A stretch of 64,000 nt of DNA from an uncultured delta proteobacterium (GCA_963842215.1 CAWJFQ010000010.1:107471-171470), one strand, 5' to 3'. Counted from the first letter of the stretch, positions 19,231 to 29,218 are shown. Translations and numbers: made by a program. The notes: generated by a model not told the origin, from the sequence alone.

Positions 19231-19915
19231 ACTGCTGACGCGGCGAAAACTTCTGCTCGGCCTCGCTGCTACCACCGCGCTCGCGGGATGCGACAGCCGT
19301 GCGGCGACGACGTTCCTGGCAGGGATGGAGCGGTGGAACGAGCGCGTCGATCGGCTGTTGTTCTCGCAGAATCGGCTTGCGCCCGAATTGCCGGCCTCCG
19401 AGCTGACACCAGAGGCCGCTTTCCCGAGTTATTTTATCTCCGACTCGATCCCTCTGGCACCGGACAATTGGATGTTGATCGTTGGCGGCATGGTTGCGCG
19501 GCCGGCTGTCTACTCGGTCGATCAGCTCATGCGCATGCCTGGAACGAGCATGCGAATTCGCCATCACTGCGTCGAAGGCTGGTCAGCCGTCGCGGAGTGG
19601 CACGGCGTGCAATTGCGGGAGATCGCAAACACGGTTGGCGCCAGCCGCGACGCGCAGTACGTCGAGTTCCGATCATTCGACAACGGCTATTATTCGACGT
19701 GGGATATCGAGAGCGCGCTTCATCCGCAGACAATTCTCGCTTACGGCATGAATGGTCATGCCTTGAATCCTGATCACGGTGCGCCGCTGCGCCTCTACTC
19801 GCCGGTCAAACTGGGCTACAAGAGCGTGAAGTACCTTACCGAAGTTAATTTCCGCTCGAATCGAACAGGCGGATACTGGGAGGATCAGGGGTACGACTGG
19901 TACGGCGGCGTCTAG
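19223..19915 (+). CDS. Molybdopterin-dependent oxidoreductase (sulfite-oxidase fold), Tat-exported lipoprotein
   Basis: TTG start. Twin-arginine LTRRKLLLG followed by lipobox LAGC. HHCVEGWS and GAPLRLYSPVKLGYKSVKYL blocks of the Oxidored_molyb domain. Confidence 0.8.
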   Translation: MARLLTRRKLLLGLAATTALAGCDSRAATTFLAGMERWNERVDRLLFSQNRLAPELPASELTPEAAFPSYFISDSIPLAPDNWMLIVGGMVARPAVYSVDQLMRMPGTSMRIRHHCVEGWSAVAEWHGVQLREIANTVGASRDAQYVEFRSFDNGYYSTWDIESALHPQTILAYGMNGHALNPDHGAPLRLYSPVKLGYKSVKYLTEVNFRSNRTGGYWEDQGYDWYGGV

Positions 19916-21138
19916 TCGAAAGCGAGGCTCGCGAACGACACCGCCGACTCGCTCTGCGGCTCCATCGCGATTCCATATTTGAGCAATCGTGCACCGCGCC
20001 CGCGCAGCAGCTCGAGCTGAGTGTACATCGGCGAGAGCCCGCAAATGCGTCGCGCGTCGCGATCCTTCAAGATGTCGGCGAAGAAGCCCGCGGGATCGCC
20101 GCGCTTGATATTTTCGATGAGGGCAAAATCTTCCCGCTGGACGCGCTCAGCCACCGCTTGATCGGCGGCGAATTCGTCGCCGAATTTCTTGCCGACGTGG
20201 GCGAAATCCACGCCCGCCAGGATCAGCACTCGACGCTTCTCCGCGTCGAGCTCGGCTCTCAGAGCCTCGATGAACGATCCAACCCGGGAGTCGCGCGCCG
20301 GCATCACTCCGCTCGCCACCATTTCATGGAAGGAGCTGACGAGGATCGGTACCACCTGGTAGCCGCGCGCTCCGAGCGCGTAGGCAAGAAACAGCGCCTG
20401 GAATTCGATCGAGTGCTCGCCACGATGCAGCATTTCGTCGGCGAACAAGTCGCCCTGGTAGCGCGCCGTCAGCCGATCGATAAACGCCACGTCGGTCTCG
20501 ACTGCGCCGAGCGGGGTCGCGTAGTTCTTGCGGGTCGCACTGAAGAGTTCAGGTCCCGCGCCATAGTGTGAAGTTCCCAGGATCACTACCAGCTCGGGCG
20601 GTTCGTGCGCCATCAGCTCGTAGTATGCATGCGCGTAGGCGGCGGCACCGCGGCGCGGATCGATATGCGGCGCGATGAGGCCCGTGAGTGGCTCAGACTT
20701 TTTTGCGGTCGCAGTGCGGCCGGGTCCTTCGGGCGGATCGAAGAATGCCGCCAGCTCAAGGCGCAACTTGGCTGGGTCTTTCTCATAGCAGAGGCCGGCC
20801 AACGCCGCCGGACGCTCCGGGCTTGCGAGAAATTCCTCGCGCACGCGTCGCTCGCGCTCGTGAAATGCGGGCGAGTCGAGAAAGTATGCATTATCGAGCG
20901 CCGCGATCAGCTCGTCGAGCTTCTCCAGCGGAATCGTCTCGCCGAAGCGCTTTGCAAACGCCGCCTGGATGTCCTTCAGCGACATCCGGCCGTCGAACAG
21001 CGTCACGATGAAGTATGCGCCCATCCCGAGCATGATCGGCTCGGGCGCCAGTCCACTCGGGTCGCGCAAACAGATCAGCGTCTGATCCTGCTGCTCGACG
21101 GGGAACGCCTCGACGGCACGAATCTTTGGATTTTCCAT
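19912..21138 (-). CDS. Memo-family protein (AmmeMemoRadiSam system protein B-like) with extra N-terminal domain
   Basis: APHIDPRRGAAAYAHAY, LGTSHY, GEHSIEFQALFL and ILAGVDFAHVG blocks. 408 aa versus about 270 for plain Memo. The first roughly 100 aa look PqqD/RRE-like. Confidence 0.8.
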   Translation of the reverse strand: MENPKIRAVEAFPVEQQDQTLICLRDPSGLAPEPIMLGMGAYFIVTLFDGRMSLKDIQAAFAKRFGETIPLEKLDELIAALDNAYFLDSPAFHERERRVREEFLASPERPAALAGLCYEKDPAKLRLELAAFFDPPEGPGRTATAKKSEPLTGLIAPHIDPRRGAAAYAHAYYELMAHEPPELVVILGTSHYGAGPELFSATRKNYATPLGAVETDVAFIDRLTARYQGDLFADEMLHRGEHSIEFQALFLAYALGARGYQVVPILVSSFHEMVASGVMPARDSRVGSFIEALRAELDAEKRRVLILAGVDFAHVGKKFGDEFAADQAVAERVQREDFALIENIKRGDPAGFFADILKDRDARRICGLSPMYTQLELLRGRGARLLKYGIAMEPQSESAVSFASLAFD

Positions 21139-21256
21139 CGCGAATTCTGAATCTGAAGATAGTCGGCGCCCAGTGCAATGCGTTTACAGATGCTATGAGC
21201 TTTGACAAACTGCGGCAAGCTGAGAGAAATTCCGCGCGAAAATCCGCCATTATAGA

Positions 21257-21688
21257 ATGTCCGACGAACATCGACGCCGCGCCGCTCTGACTGGAACCCG
21301 TTCGCGACGCAAGAACGCGACGGTTCGTGCCCGTTACAAAGTTGCGCCCGCCGATTCGCTTGCGCCGGGTGAGTCGCTGAAGTTCATGCTGCCGATTCGC
21401 GGCGCCGACGAAGAATGTTTTCTCATCAACTTCGGCGGCGAATTCCACGCCTACGTCAATCGATGCCGGCATGTGCCGATGGCGATGGACTGGGTGGATA
21501 ATCAGTTCTTCGCGGAGGATGGCCGCTACCTGATGTGCCAGACGCACAACGCCTATTACGAGCCGGCGAGTGGCGAATGTATCGCGGGACCGCCGACCGC
21601 ATGCGGCAAATATCTTTACCGCGTACTGACGGAGATCGAAGACGGCGTCATCTATGCGCGACCGCCGCAGGAAGAATTCGAAGACTGA
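21257..21688 (+). CDS. Rieske [2Fe-2S] domain protein
   Basis: CRH...(21)...CQTH ligand pattern (NRCRHVPMAMDW ... LMCQTHNAYY). The start is uncertain. Confidence 0.7.
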   Translation: MSDEHRRRAALTGTRSRRKNATVRARYKVAPADSLAPGESLKFMLPIRGADEECFLINFGGEFHAYVNRCRHVPMAMDWVDNQFFAEDGRYLMCQTHNAYYEPASGECIAGPPTACGKYLYRVLTEIEDGVIYARPPQEEFED

Positions 21689-21706
21689 GAAACGAGCCGT
21701 GAGCGA

Positions 21707-21958
21707 TTATTCGTACTCGTCGCCGAAGTGGGCGCGCACGATTCGCGCCTTCAGGTACTCGAGCGTGCCGAGGTCCTCGACGATGTCGCCGCCAGTGTCG
21801 TAGAAGAACAGCTCGCCATTCTTCGTACGGCCGACCGCGATAATCCATTCGAGGTCGTCCCGGTCCTCAAGCAAATAATTAATTGTCTGCGCGACCCCGC
21901 GGCCCGGGATAATCGTAATCTTAGGCCTTGGGAGCTTTTCCTTTTCCTGCTTGGGCAT
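21707..21958 (-). CDS. Hypothetical protein
   Basis: ORF 21707..22006. The ATG at 21958 (MPKQEKEKLP...) is the preferred start. No recognisable motif. Confidence 0.4.
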   Translation of the reverse strand: MPKQEKEKLPRPKITIIPGRGVAQTINYLLEDRDDLEWIIAVGRTKNGELFFYDTGGDIVEDLGTLEYLKARIVRAHFGDEYE

Positions 21959-22029
21959 CTTTTTGATCAACCCTCTGGCGGGAGGATGCGGGAACCGACC
22001 ACTCAACTAGATTAAGAATGCCCCGCGAT

Positions 22030-23280
22030 CTAAGTCAATAGCGCCTGCACCGCGATCTCAACATGATGCGTGTTGGGAAAAAAATCGAAGCCGCGCACGC
22101 GCTTTATTTTGTAGCCGGCACCCGCAAGAATCCGCAAATCGCGAGCCAGCGTGGTCACGTCACACGACACGTAAATGACCGCCGGCGCACGCAGTTTGAT
22201 GATCGGTTCCATCAGGTCGGCCGCGCCGGTACGCGGCGGGTCGAGAATTATTACCTCGGGACGATAGCGCGCGCGATGCAGAAAGTCGGCGGTTGCTGAC
22301 GCTTTCATCGCGACGAACTGGGCGTCGCCAAATTTGAGCCGCGCGGCATTGCGCGACGCCGCCGCGATTGCCCCCGCATCGTCGTCGACGCCCGTCACTC
22401 GCGCACCGCGCCGTGATGCGGGCAGGCTGAAGTTACCGGCGCCGCAAAACAGATCCAGTACCGCCTGCGATTCATGAATCTCCGCCATCGCCATCACATC
22501 GGCGACCAGTTTCTGGTTCTGTGCGCGATTCACCTGGCTGAAAAGATCGGCGTCCACTTCGATCGACAGGCCCGGCTCGAGCTCAATCAAAATTGCCGCA
22601 TCGCCGACGGTCGCGCGATGCGCGCCCGATCGCAGCACGATTCCCGCAATCTCGCGGTCGGATTCGAGTACGTTGCGCGCTCGCCTGAGGTCCTCTTCGC
22701 TCGCTGGTTTCTTCAGATGTGCTACCTGCACTTCGCGCGCGTCGTCGCGCACCACCTCGATTTCCTCGACTCGCTTGCCGAGTGAGCGCGCCAGGTGCAG
22801 CGGCATCCGGATGCCGGCCTCGGCGACCATGCATGCATCGATCTCGACTATGGTGTTGCTGCCGGCCGAGTAGAACCCGAGCACGCCTTTGGCGCCGACC
22901 CGAAGTCGGATTCTCGACCGGTAGCCGAACTCCGCCGGCGCTGGTTCGACCAGCCCCACCGGATCGATCTCGATTCCGAGCACACGGCTCAATTCGCGCG
23001 CGACGATTTCCCCCTTGAAACGTACTTGCGCGCCGTAGTCGATATGTTGCCAGTCACATCCGCCGCATTGCGGCAGATACGGACACGGCGCAGCCCGGCG
23101 CTCGGCGCCCGCCCGGATGACCCGGTTGATCTTTGCGACCGCATAGTCGCGACGCATGGAAACTATCTCGACGTCGAGCCGGTCTCCCGCCACCGCGCCA
23201 GGCACCATCACGGCTTTGCCATCCTCACGCCCAACACCGAAGGGGCCAAACGTCATCGCGCTGATTTCAATCTCCGCCAT
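22030..23280 (-). CDS. 23S rRNA (uracil-5-)-methyltransferase RlmD/RumA family (TRAM + Fe-S + SAM MTase)
   Basis: CPYLPQCGGCDWQH cluster, DLFCGAGNFSLP (motif I), ILDPPRTG, and a C-terminal FDFFPNTHHVE block. Confidence 0.85.
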   Translation of the reverse strand: MAEIEISAMTFGPFGVGREDGKAVMVPGAVAGDRLDVEIVSMRRDYAVAKINRVIRAGAERRAAPCPYLPQCGGCDWQHIDYGAQVRFKGEIVARELSRVLGIEIDPVGLVEPAPAEFGYRSRIRLRVGAKGVLGFYSAGSNTIVEIDACMVAEAGIRMPLHLARSLGKRVEEIEVVRDDAREVQVAHLKKPASEEDLRRARNVLESDREIAGIVLRSGAHRATVGDAAILIELEPGLSIEVDADLFSQVNRAQNQKLVADVMAMAEIHESQAVLDLFCGAGNFSLPASRRGARVTGVDDDAGAIAAASRNAARLKFGDAQFVAMKASATADFLHRARYRPEVIILDPPRTGAADLMEPIIKLRAPAVIYVSCDVTTLARDLRILAGAGYKIKRVRGFDFFPNTHHVEIAVQALLT

Positions 23281-23317
23281 CGGTCGCCAAGTTTATCCCC
23301 ACTACGCAATTCGCGCG

Positions 23318-26300
23318 ATGCGACTTATAATGGTGCCCGCGCGCGTGGCCGCGCCATCTCATCTTCATTGCCTTGGTGACGCATTGGCTATTGAGACTGA
23401 ACTCCGCGATCTTATCGACAGGAATCTTCCCGCTGATTCCGCCCGTCGCGTAGCCGCCTTTGCCGAGCGGCTGTTCGCGCGCGAGTCTGCCGACAATCGC
23501 GAGCGCGTCCCGGCCAAACGGCGGCTGGCCCTGGTGCAATCGGCATTCGAATTCTTTTCGGTCCGCACTGAGCCGGTTATCGCGCGAGTCGAATCTGTCA
23601 CCGGGGACGACAACGATACTCTCACCGTCGTCGAAACCGTGACGACCGATTGCCCTTTCATCGTCGATAGCCTGCTCGAATACTTCCATCATCTCGGCGC
23701 CGCCGTTCGCACGATGCTTCACCCGGTCTTCAAGGTCACTCGCGATAAGCAGGGGCAGATCGCTTCGTTCGAACAGTCGCTGGCGTCCGAGCGCGGCGAA
23801 TCCTTTGTTCACGCGGAACTTGAGCTGATGCCGACCCCCGAACGGGCGCGCCAGATTGAGCTGGACGTCATCTCGATTCTTACCGAGGTTCACGCTGCCA
23901 CGGACGACTTTGATGAGATGACCGGCCGCGCGCTGCAGATTTGCGAGGAAACCGCGACCAGCCGCGAACTGATCGAAGTTCGCGACCTGTTGCGTTGGCT
24001 CATCCACGGCGGCTTCGTATTTCTTGGCTATCGGCGCTATCTGGTGAGCGGTGACGACGGCACCGTGCGGTTCGTGCTCGATCCCGGCACCGAGCTTGGC
24101 ATCGCGCGCGAGCATGACGAGTCACGCTTTCGCACTTCGGTGCCTCTCGAAGAACTGTCAGCCGCGCGCCGCAAGCTTTTCTTCGAAGGACCGCCGCTGG
24201 TAGTCGGCAAGTCGCGCGTCGAGTCGCACGTACATCGGCGTCGCCCTATGGACAGCGTCTCGATTCGCCGCACCGACGCGTCGGGCCGGGTCATCGCGTT
24301 CGACAATTTCTTCGGACTATTCACTTCGAAGGCCTACGCGGAGGAAGCGCAGCACATTCCGGTTCTGCGGGCAAAGCTGCGCGAAGTGCTGGCGTATGAG
24401 GGCGCGGAGCCGGGCTCTCACGATTACAAGGAAATCGTTTCTGCCTTCAACAGCTTCCCCAAGGATGAACTCTTTCGCGCGCCGGTGGCTGAACTGCGGG
24501 CACAGTTGCGCCTCATCCTCGACGTCAAGAGCGAGGCGTCAGTGCGTCTTTTTGTCGCGCCCGATCTGCGGCACGGCAACGTTATCGCACTGGTAGTGAT
24601 GCCGCGCGAGGGCGGCTCCGCGGAACTGAACCGGCGCATCCAGGATACGCTCGCGGCCGCGCTTCACGGCACTTTGGTTTATTTCTACCTCGCGCTCGGC
24701 GAAGGTTACACGGCGCGCCTTCATTTCTGTTTCGTCGCAGATCCGCCAAAGGCTTCCGTCGTTCGCAGTCTCGAGACCACGATCAGCGAGCTCGCCAGGC
24801 GTTGGGACGATCGGCTCGAAGAGCACCTGATCGAAAAGTTCGGGCCGCGTCGCGGACGCGCGCTGGCGGAGCGATGGGCCGGCGCATTCAGCGCTGACTA
24901 CCAGGCTGCGACTGACGTAGCGCGGGCAATCGGCGACATCGATGACGTCGAAACGTTGATCGCCAGCGGCCGCGATTTCATGGTCGAGGCGGGACCGCAC
25001 ACTTTCGATGGTCACGCCGACGAAAGCCACAGTGACATACGGATTGTCGGTCTCGGCGACGCGCCGATGCTATCGCAGCTGATGCCCACGCTGCAGAACT
25101 TTGCCATCGAAGTGTTGGCCGAAGATGCTCACGAGTTGAGCCCACGCACTGACGGCAAGGCCACGCGCGCATACCTGGAAGTCTTTTCCGTGCAGGGACC
25201 CGCTTCGCAGCCGTTCGCGAAATTTCCCGGCGCTGCGCTGGTTGCCGACGCTATCACCGCCGTGCGCAACGGCCTCGCCGCGGACGATCCCCTCAACGCG
25301 CTAACCCTCAGCGCGGGCCTCGCGTGGCGCGAGGTCGCCCTTCTGCGCGCGTACCTCGTCGCCGCCTTTCAGATGCGCCTGGCCCCTGCTCGGGTGGGCT
25401 TGCAACGCGTCCTCCTGCAGTATTCCGGCCTCGCCAAATTGCTGTTCGAACAGTTCAGCGCCCGTCTCTCGTTCGACAGTCCAGCGTCACCGGAAAAAGT
25501 CGTGGAGATGCGCGAGGCCTTTATTGCCCGTCTCGGCTCTATCGAAAATATCGTCGACGATCGCACTGCGCGCGCACTGCTGTCGTTGGTCGAAGCGACC
25601 GTGCGCACCAATTTTTTCTGTGCGCCGCCCACTCCCGACCCATACATCGCGCTCAAGTTCCAGAGCGCGCGCATCACCGGACTGCCTGACACTGCGCCGC
25701 TGTATGAAATTCACGTCAACAGTCCGCGCATGGAAGGATGCCACTTGCGCCACGGACGCATCGCGCGCGGCGGAATCCGCTTCAGCGATCGCGCTGACGA
25801 CTATCGCACCGAGATTCTCGACCTGATGAAGACCCAGACCGTAAAGAACGCGATCATCGTGCCGTTCGGCGCCAAGGGCGGGTTTATCGTCAAGCCGCGG
25901 CCGCGCCATCAGCCGGACGCGCGCGACGGGGTCGAGGCGTATCAGACGCTGATGAACGCGATGCTCGACCTCACCGACAATTTGACCGACGCCGGCCCGG
26001 TGCATCCCGCTCGCGTCCGCGTGCTCGATAACGATGGTCCCTATCTGGTCGTTGCGGCAGATAAAGGCACCGCGAGTTTCTCGGATGTCGCCAATCGGAT
26101 CGCAATCGAGCGCGGCTTCTGGCTCGGCGACGCGTTCGCGTCGGGCGGCGAGCATGGTTACGACCACAAGCAGATGGCGATCACGGCGCGCGGGGCGTGG
26201 GAATCGGCGCGGCGGCATCTGCGCGAAATGGGTCGCGACCCCGACCGCGGCGCGCCCGTAACAATGATTGGCATCGGCGATATGTCGGGCGACGTATTCG

Positions 26301-28159
26301 GCAACGGCCTGCTGCGCTCGCGCAACTTGAAACTCATAGCGGCCTTCGACCATCGCCACATCTTCATCGATCCTGACCCCGACCCCGGCCTCAGCTTCAA
26401 CGAACGCAAGCGTCTTTACGATCTGGCGCGCTCGAGTTGGGCAGACTACGATCCGACGCTCATCAGCAGCGGAGGCGGTGTGTTCCGTCGCGGCCAGAAA
26501 CGAATCGAACTAAGTCCGCAGGCGCGTGCCGCGCTCGGCTGCGACGCCGATGCGCTTGACGGCGAATCTTTGATCCAACGAATCCTGCGCGCGCCCGTCG
26601 ATCTGTTTTACAACGGCGGCATCGGCACCTACGTTCGCGCCACGACCGAAACCGATGCCGAAGTTGCCGACCACGCCAACGACGCATGCCGAATCACCGC
26701 GCCTGAACTTCGCGCGAAAATTGTCGTCGAGGGCGGCAACCTCGGTTTCACCCAGAAGGCGCGCATCGAGTATGCGCTCGCCGGCGGACGCATCAACACC
26801 GACGCGATCGACAACTCGGCCGGCGTCGACATGTCCGATCACGAAGTCAATCTGAAGATTCTGCTCGAGCCCGCCCTTGCTCGCGGCGCGCTCACTTTCG
26901 ACGCGCGCAACCGGGCTCTTGCCGCATGCGCCGACGAGGTCGCTGACCGTGTCATCGCAGACAATCGCGACCAGGTGCTGTCGCTGAGCCTCGAACAGCT
27001 CCGCAGCCGCACGCATTTGACCGAGTTCCGCGACCATCTCCAGGCCATCGAAGATCGCGGCATCCTGACCGGGATGGAACCGGCGATGCCTCCGCGCGAA
27101 GCTCTGCGCGAGCGTCACGCGCGCTACCCGGGCCTCACGCGACCCGAGCTCGCGCTGGCTACTGCCTACACCAAGATCGATCTTATCGAGCGGCTCGAAA
27201 CCACTGTGCTGGTTGATGATTCTTATCTCGTCGGACGGTTCCTGAAGCCGTACTTTCCGCCCTCGCTCGCCCAACTGAGCGGCGACGTCGGCGCTCATCG
27301 CCTGCGTCACGAACTGATCGCGACTCGCGCAGTCAACGAACTGGTCGATCTCGAAGGCTCGACATTCGTCTTCAGCCACGTGCGCGATCGCGGGGCCGCG
27401 GCTGAGGACGTTGTCCGCGCATGGGTTATCGCGACTGATGTGCTTTCGATTCATGAACGGGCCGCCGACCTCAAGCGCAACGCCATGGCGACCGCGGCTG
27501 AATCGGAGCTGGGCGCGTTTCTCGCGCTCGAACGCGCTTGCCGCAGTGCAACTGCATGGGCACTCGGTGAACTCGAGCCGGCTATTTCTATCGGCGCGGC
27601 GGTGACGCGCTTCAGGCCTGCGTTCGAGATGTTATGCGTTGAGTTCGAAACGATGCTGGCTGGAGGCGAGCGCGATCGTTTCGAGCGCCTCTATCGCGAG
27701 CTGCGCAGCAGCGTCGCGGACGGGGAGCTGGCGCATGGGCTCGCGCGGTTGGCCTTCGCCGATCACATTCTCAGCGTCCTGAGCCTCAGCTTCGCCCGTG
27801 AAATCGAACCCGTCAAAGCGGCGCATGCGTATTTCGGACTTGGTGCGCAACTCAACTTCGCGATCCTCGAAGAAGCGCTTCAATCGATCGGCACCGACGA
27901 TCGCTGGGAGCGGCGCGCCGCAAATGAGCTCGCCACCGAACTTCGCGCCGCGCGAATCGCCCTGTGCTGCGCCGTGCTCGATGCCATTGCCGACGATCCC
28001 GGTATCGATGTCGATGAATCGATCGAGCAGTTGAAGCGTTTTCGCGCCAATCGATATGCGGAAGTCGCCCGGCTCTTCGACGAACTGAAAACACTTCCCT
28101 CGCCGGGCCTGCCGCCGATTCACGTCACGATTCGCGCCCTTTCCCGCCTCGCAGCGTAG
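23318..28159 (+). CDS. NAD-specific glutamate dehydrogenase, large (about 180 kDa, Bac_GDH) type
   Basis: About 1610 aa, with the catalytic core VVAADKGTASFSDVAN...IGIGDMSGDVFGNG...EGGNLGFTQ. Trimmed from ORF-track 23156 (which overlaps the rlmD-like gene) to the ATG at 23318. The exact start is uncertain. Confidence 0.85.
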   Translation: MRLIMVPARVAAPSHLHCLGDALAIETELRDLIDRNLPADSARRVAAFAERLFARESADNRERVPAKRRLALVQSAFEFFSVRTEPVIARVESVTGDDNDTLTVVETVTTDCPFIVDSLLEYFHHLGAAVRTMLHPVFKVTRDKQGQIASFEQSLASERGESFVHAELELMPTPERARQIELDVISILTEVHAATDDFDEMTGRALQICEETATSRELIEVRDLLRWLIHGGFVFLGYRRYLVSGDDGTVRFVLDPGTELGIAREHDESRFRTSVPLEELSAARRKLFFEGPPLVVGKSRVESHVHRRRPMDSVSIRRTDASGRVIAFDNFFGLFTSKAYAEEAQHIPVLRAKLREVLAYEGAEPGSHDYKEIVSAFNSFPKDELFRAPVAELRAQLRLILDVKSEASVRLFVAPDLRHGNVIALVVMPREGGSAELNRRIQDTLAAALHGTLVYFYLALGEGYTARLHFCFVADPPKASVVRSLETTISELARRWDDRLEEHLIEKFGPRRGRALAERWAGAFSADYQAATDVARAIGDIDDVETLIASGRDFMVEAGPHTFDGHADESHSDIRIVGLGDAPMLSQLMPTLQNFAIEVLAEDAHELSPRTDGKATRAYLEVFSVQGPASQPFAKFPGAALVADAITAVRNGLAADDPLNALTLSAGLAWREVALLRAYLVAAFQMRLAPARVGLQRVLLQYSGLAKLLFEQFSARLSFDSPASPEKVVEMREAFIARLGSIENIVDDRTARALLSLVEATVRTNFFCAPPTPDPYIALKFQSARITGLPDTAPLYEIHVNSPRMEGCHLRHGRIARGGIRFSDRADDYRTEILDLMKTQTVKNAIIVPFGAKGGFIVKPRPRHQPDARDGVEAYQTLMNAMLDLTDNLTDAGPVHPARVRVLDNDGPYLVVAADKGTASFSDVANRIAIERGFWLGDAFASGGEHGYDHKQMAITARGAWESARRHLREMGRDPDRGAPVTMIGIGDMSGDVFGNGLLRSRNLKLIAAFDHRHIFIDPDPDPGLSFNERKRLYDLARSSWADYDPTLISSGGGVFRRGQKRIELSPQARAALGCDADALDGESLIQRILRAPVDLFYNGGIGTYVRATTETDAEVADHANDACRITAPELRAKIVVEGGNLGFTQKARIEYALAGGRINTDAIDNSAGVDMSDHEVNLKILLEPALARGALTFDARNRALAACADEVADRVIADNRDQVLSLSLEQLRSRTHLTEFRDHLQAIEDRGILTGMEPAMPPREALRERHARYPGLTRPELALATAYTKIDLIERLETTVLVDDSYLVGRFLKPYFPPSLAQLSGDVGAHRLRHELIATRAVNELVDLEGSTFVFSHVRDRGAAAEDVVRAWVIATDVLSIHERAADLKRNAMATAAESELGAFLALERACRSATAWALGELEPAISIGAAVTRFRPAFEMLCVEFETMLAGGERDRFERLYRELRSSVADGELAHGLARLAFADHILSVLSLSFAREIEPVKAAHAYFGLGAQLNFAILEEALQSIGTDDRWERRAANELATELRAARIALCCAVLDAIADDPGIDVDESIEQLKRFRANRYAEVARLFDELKTLPSPGLPPIHVTIRALSRLAA

Positions 28160-29218
28160 TTACAGCGCCACCCGTGGCAGCTGCGCCGTCGGTTGCATCC
28201 CGGATTGCAGCGTCGAGTCCACGTCTTCCGACGGCCGCGGCTCGCGCAAGTCCTGATAGAGTCGTAGTCCCGCCGCAACTAGAAACGCCGTGGTCGCGAA
28301 GTTCACTCCAATCTCGGCGAGACCGACAAGAAAGATCGTCGTTCCGAGAAAACCGGTCACCACTCCCACCGGACCGAAGAGCAGGCTCACCACCACGAAC
28401 GCTCCCGCTGCCCACGTGTTGTATCCCGACCACACCGCAAGAAAGACAACGATCCGTATCGCAACCTTGAAGAAGCGCTTGCGCATCAGGTCCCGGCTGA
28501 ACAGTAGCGCGTGCCAGCTATGCTTGTCGTCGAAGATCAGCGCGTACTGTGCGAAGTACAACCACGCATAGATCAACGCGCCGACGATGATCATCAGCAC
28601 CAGCGCGACGTATGCCCACACGCCAATCGAACCAGGCAGGAAATTCGACGCCTGCTGGAACAGAAACAGCCCCGCGGCGGGCGCGAGCAGTTGCAGAAAC
28701 GTTACCCAGATGAATCCCGGCGCGAGCCGAATCGATCGTCGGTAGACTTCGATCGATTCAGCGACGATCGTAGGTTCGCGGATTCCCGCCTGGATCCGCT
28801 TAAGCGCGCTCAGCGTAACCAGTGTGACCAGCAGCGTGATCACGAAAACGATCCTATGGAGCACGTACGTGACCCATGGCGCGAACGGCTGCGGTTCCTG
28901 CAGTGGCGCCGGAGGAGGCGCGGGCGTGGCAGGAGTGTCGGCGCTGTCCACCTGGATGTAGCTGATACTTTGCGAGCCCGGCTCGAAGTTCGCTGCGAGC
29001 CGATGTTGCAGATTCAGCGCGTCTGGTAGCAGGCACAGCGACGCCGCCAGCAGCAACGGCGCCAGCACGACAGCCAGCACCGACCAGTTTCCACGCAAAT
29101 CGTTTACCGCGTTGGCGAGATATATGAAGCTGCTTTTGAGACGGACGGGGCTCACGGCGCGATAGAGGTTGGCATCCTCGTTCGGGCGAGACAAGTCCGC
29201 CGCATTTCCCATGATCAC
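28160..29218 (-). CDS. Hypothetical multi-pass membrane protein
   Basis: 352-aa ORF with at least 6 hydrophobic segments. Its stop directly abuts the gdh stop (convergent). Confidence 0.5.
   Translation of the reverse strand: MIMGNAADLSRPNEDANLYRAVSPVRLKSSFIYLANAVNDLRGNWSVLAVVLAPLLLAASLCLLPDALNLQHRLAANFEPGSQSISYIQVDSADTPATPAPPPAPLQEPQPFAPWVTYVLHRIVFVITLLVTLVTLSALKRIQAGIREPTIVAESIEVYRRSIRLAPGFIWVTFLQLLAPAAGLFLFQQASNFLPGSIGVWAYVALVLMIIVGALIYAWLYFAQYALIFDDKHSWHALLFSRDLMRKRFFKVAIRIVVFLAVWSGYNTWAAGAFVVVSLLFGPVGVVTGFLGTTIFLVGLAEIGVNFATTAFLVAAGLRLYQDLREPRPSEDVDSTLQSGMQPTAQLPRVAL

Noticed and set aside
23156-23317. N-terminal extension of the glutamate dehydrogenase ORF overlapping the rlmD-like gene by 125 nt
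   Set aside because: The extension is Pro/Ser/Thr-rich antisense of a well-supported gene. The first in-frame ATG past the overlap (23318) was used instead, although the exact start remains uncertain.
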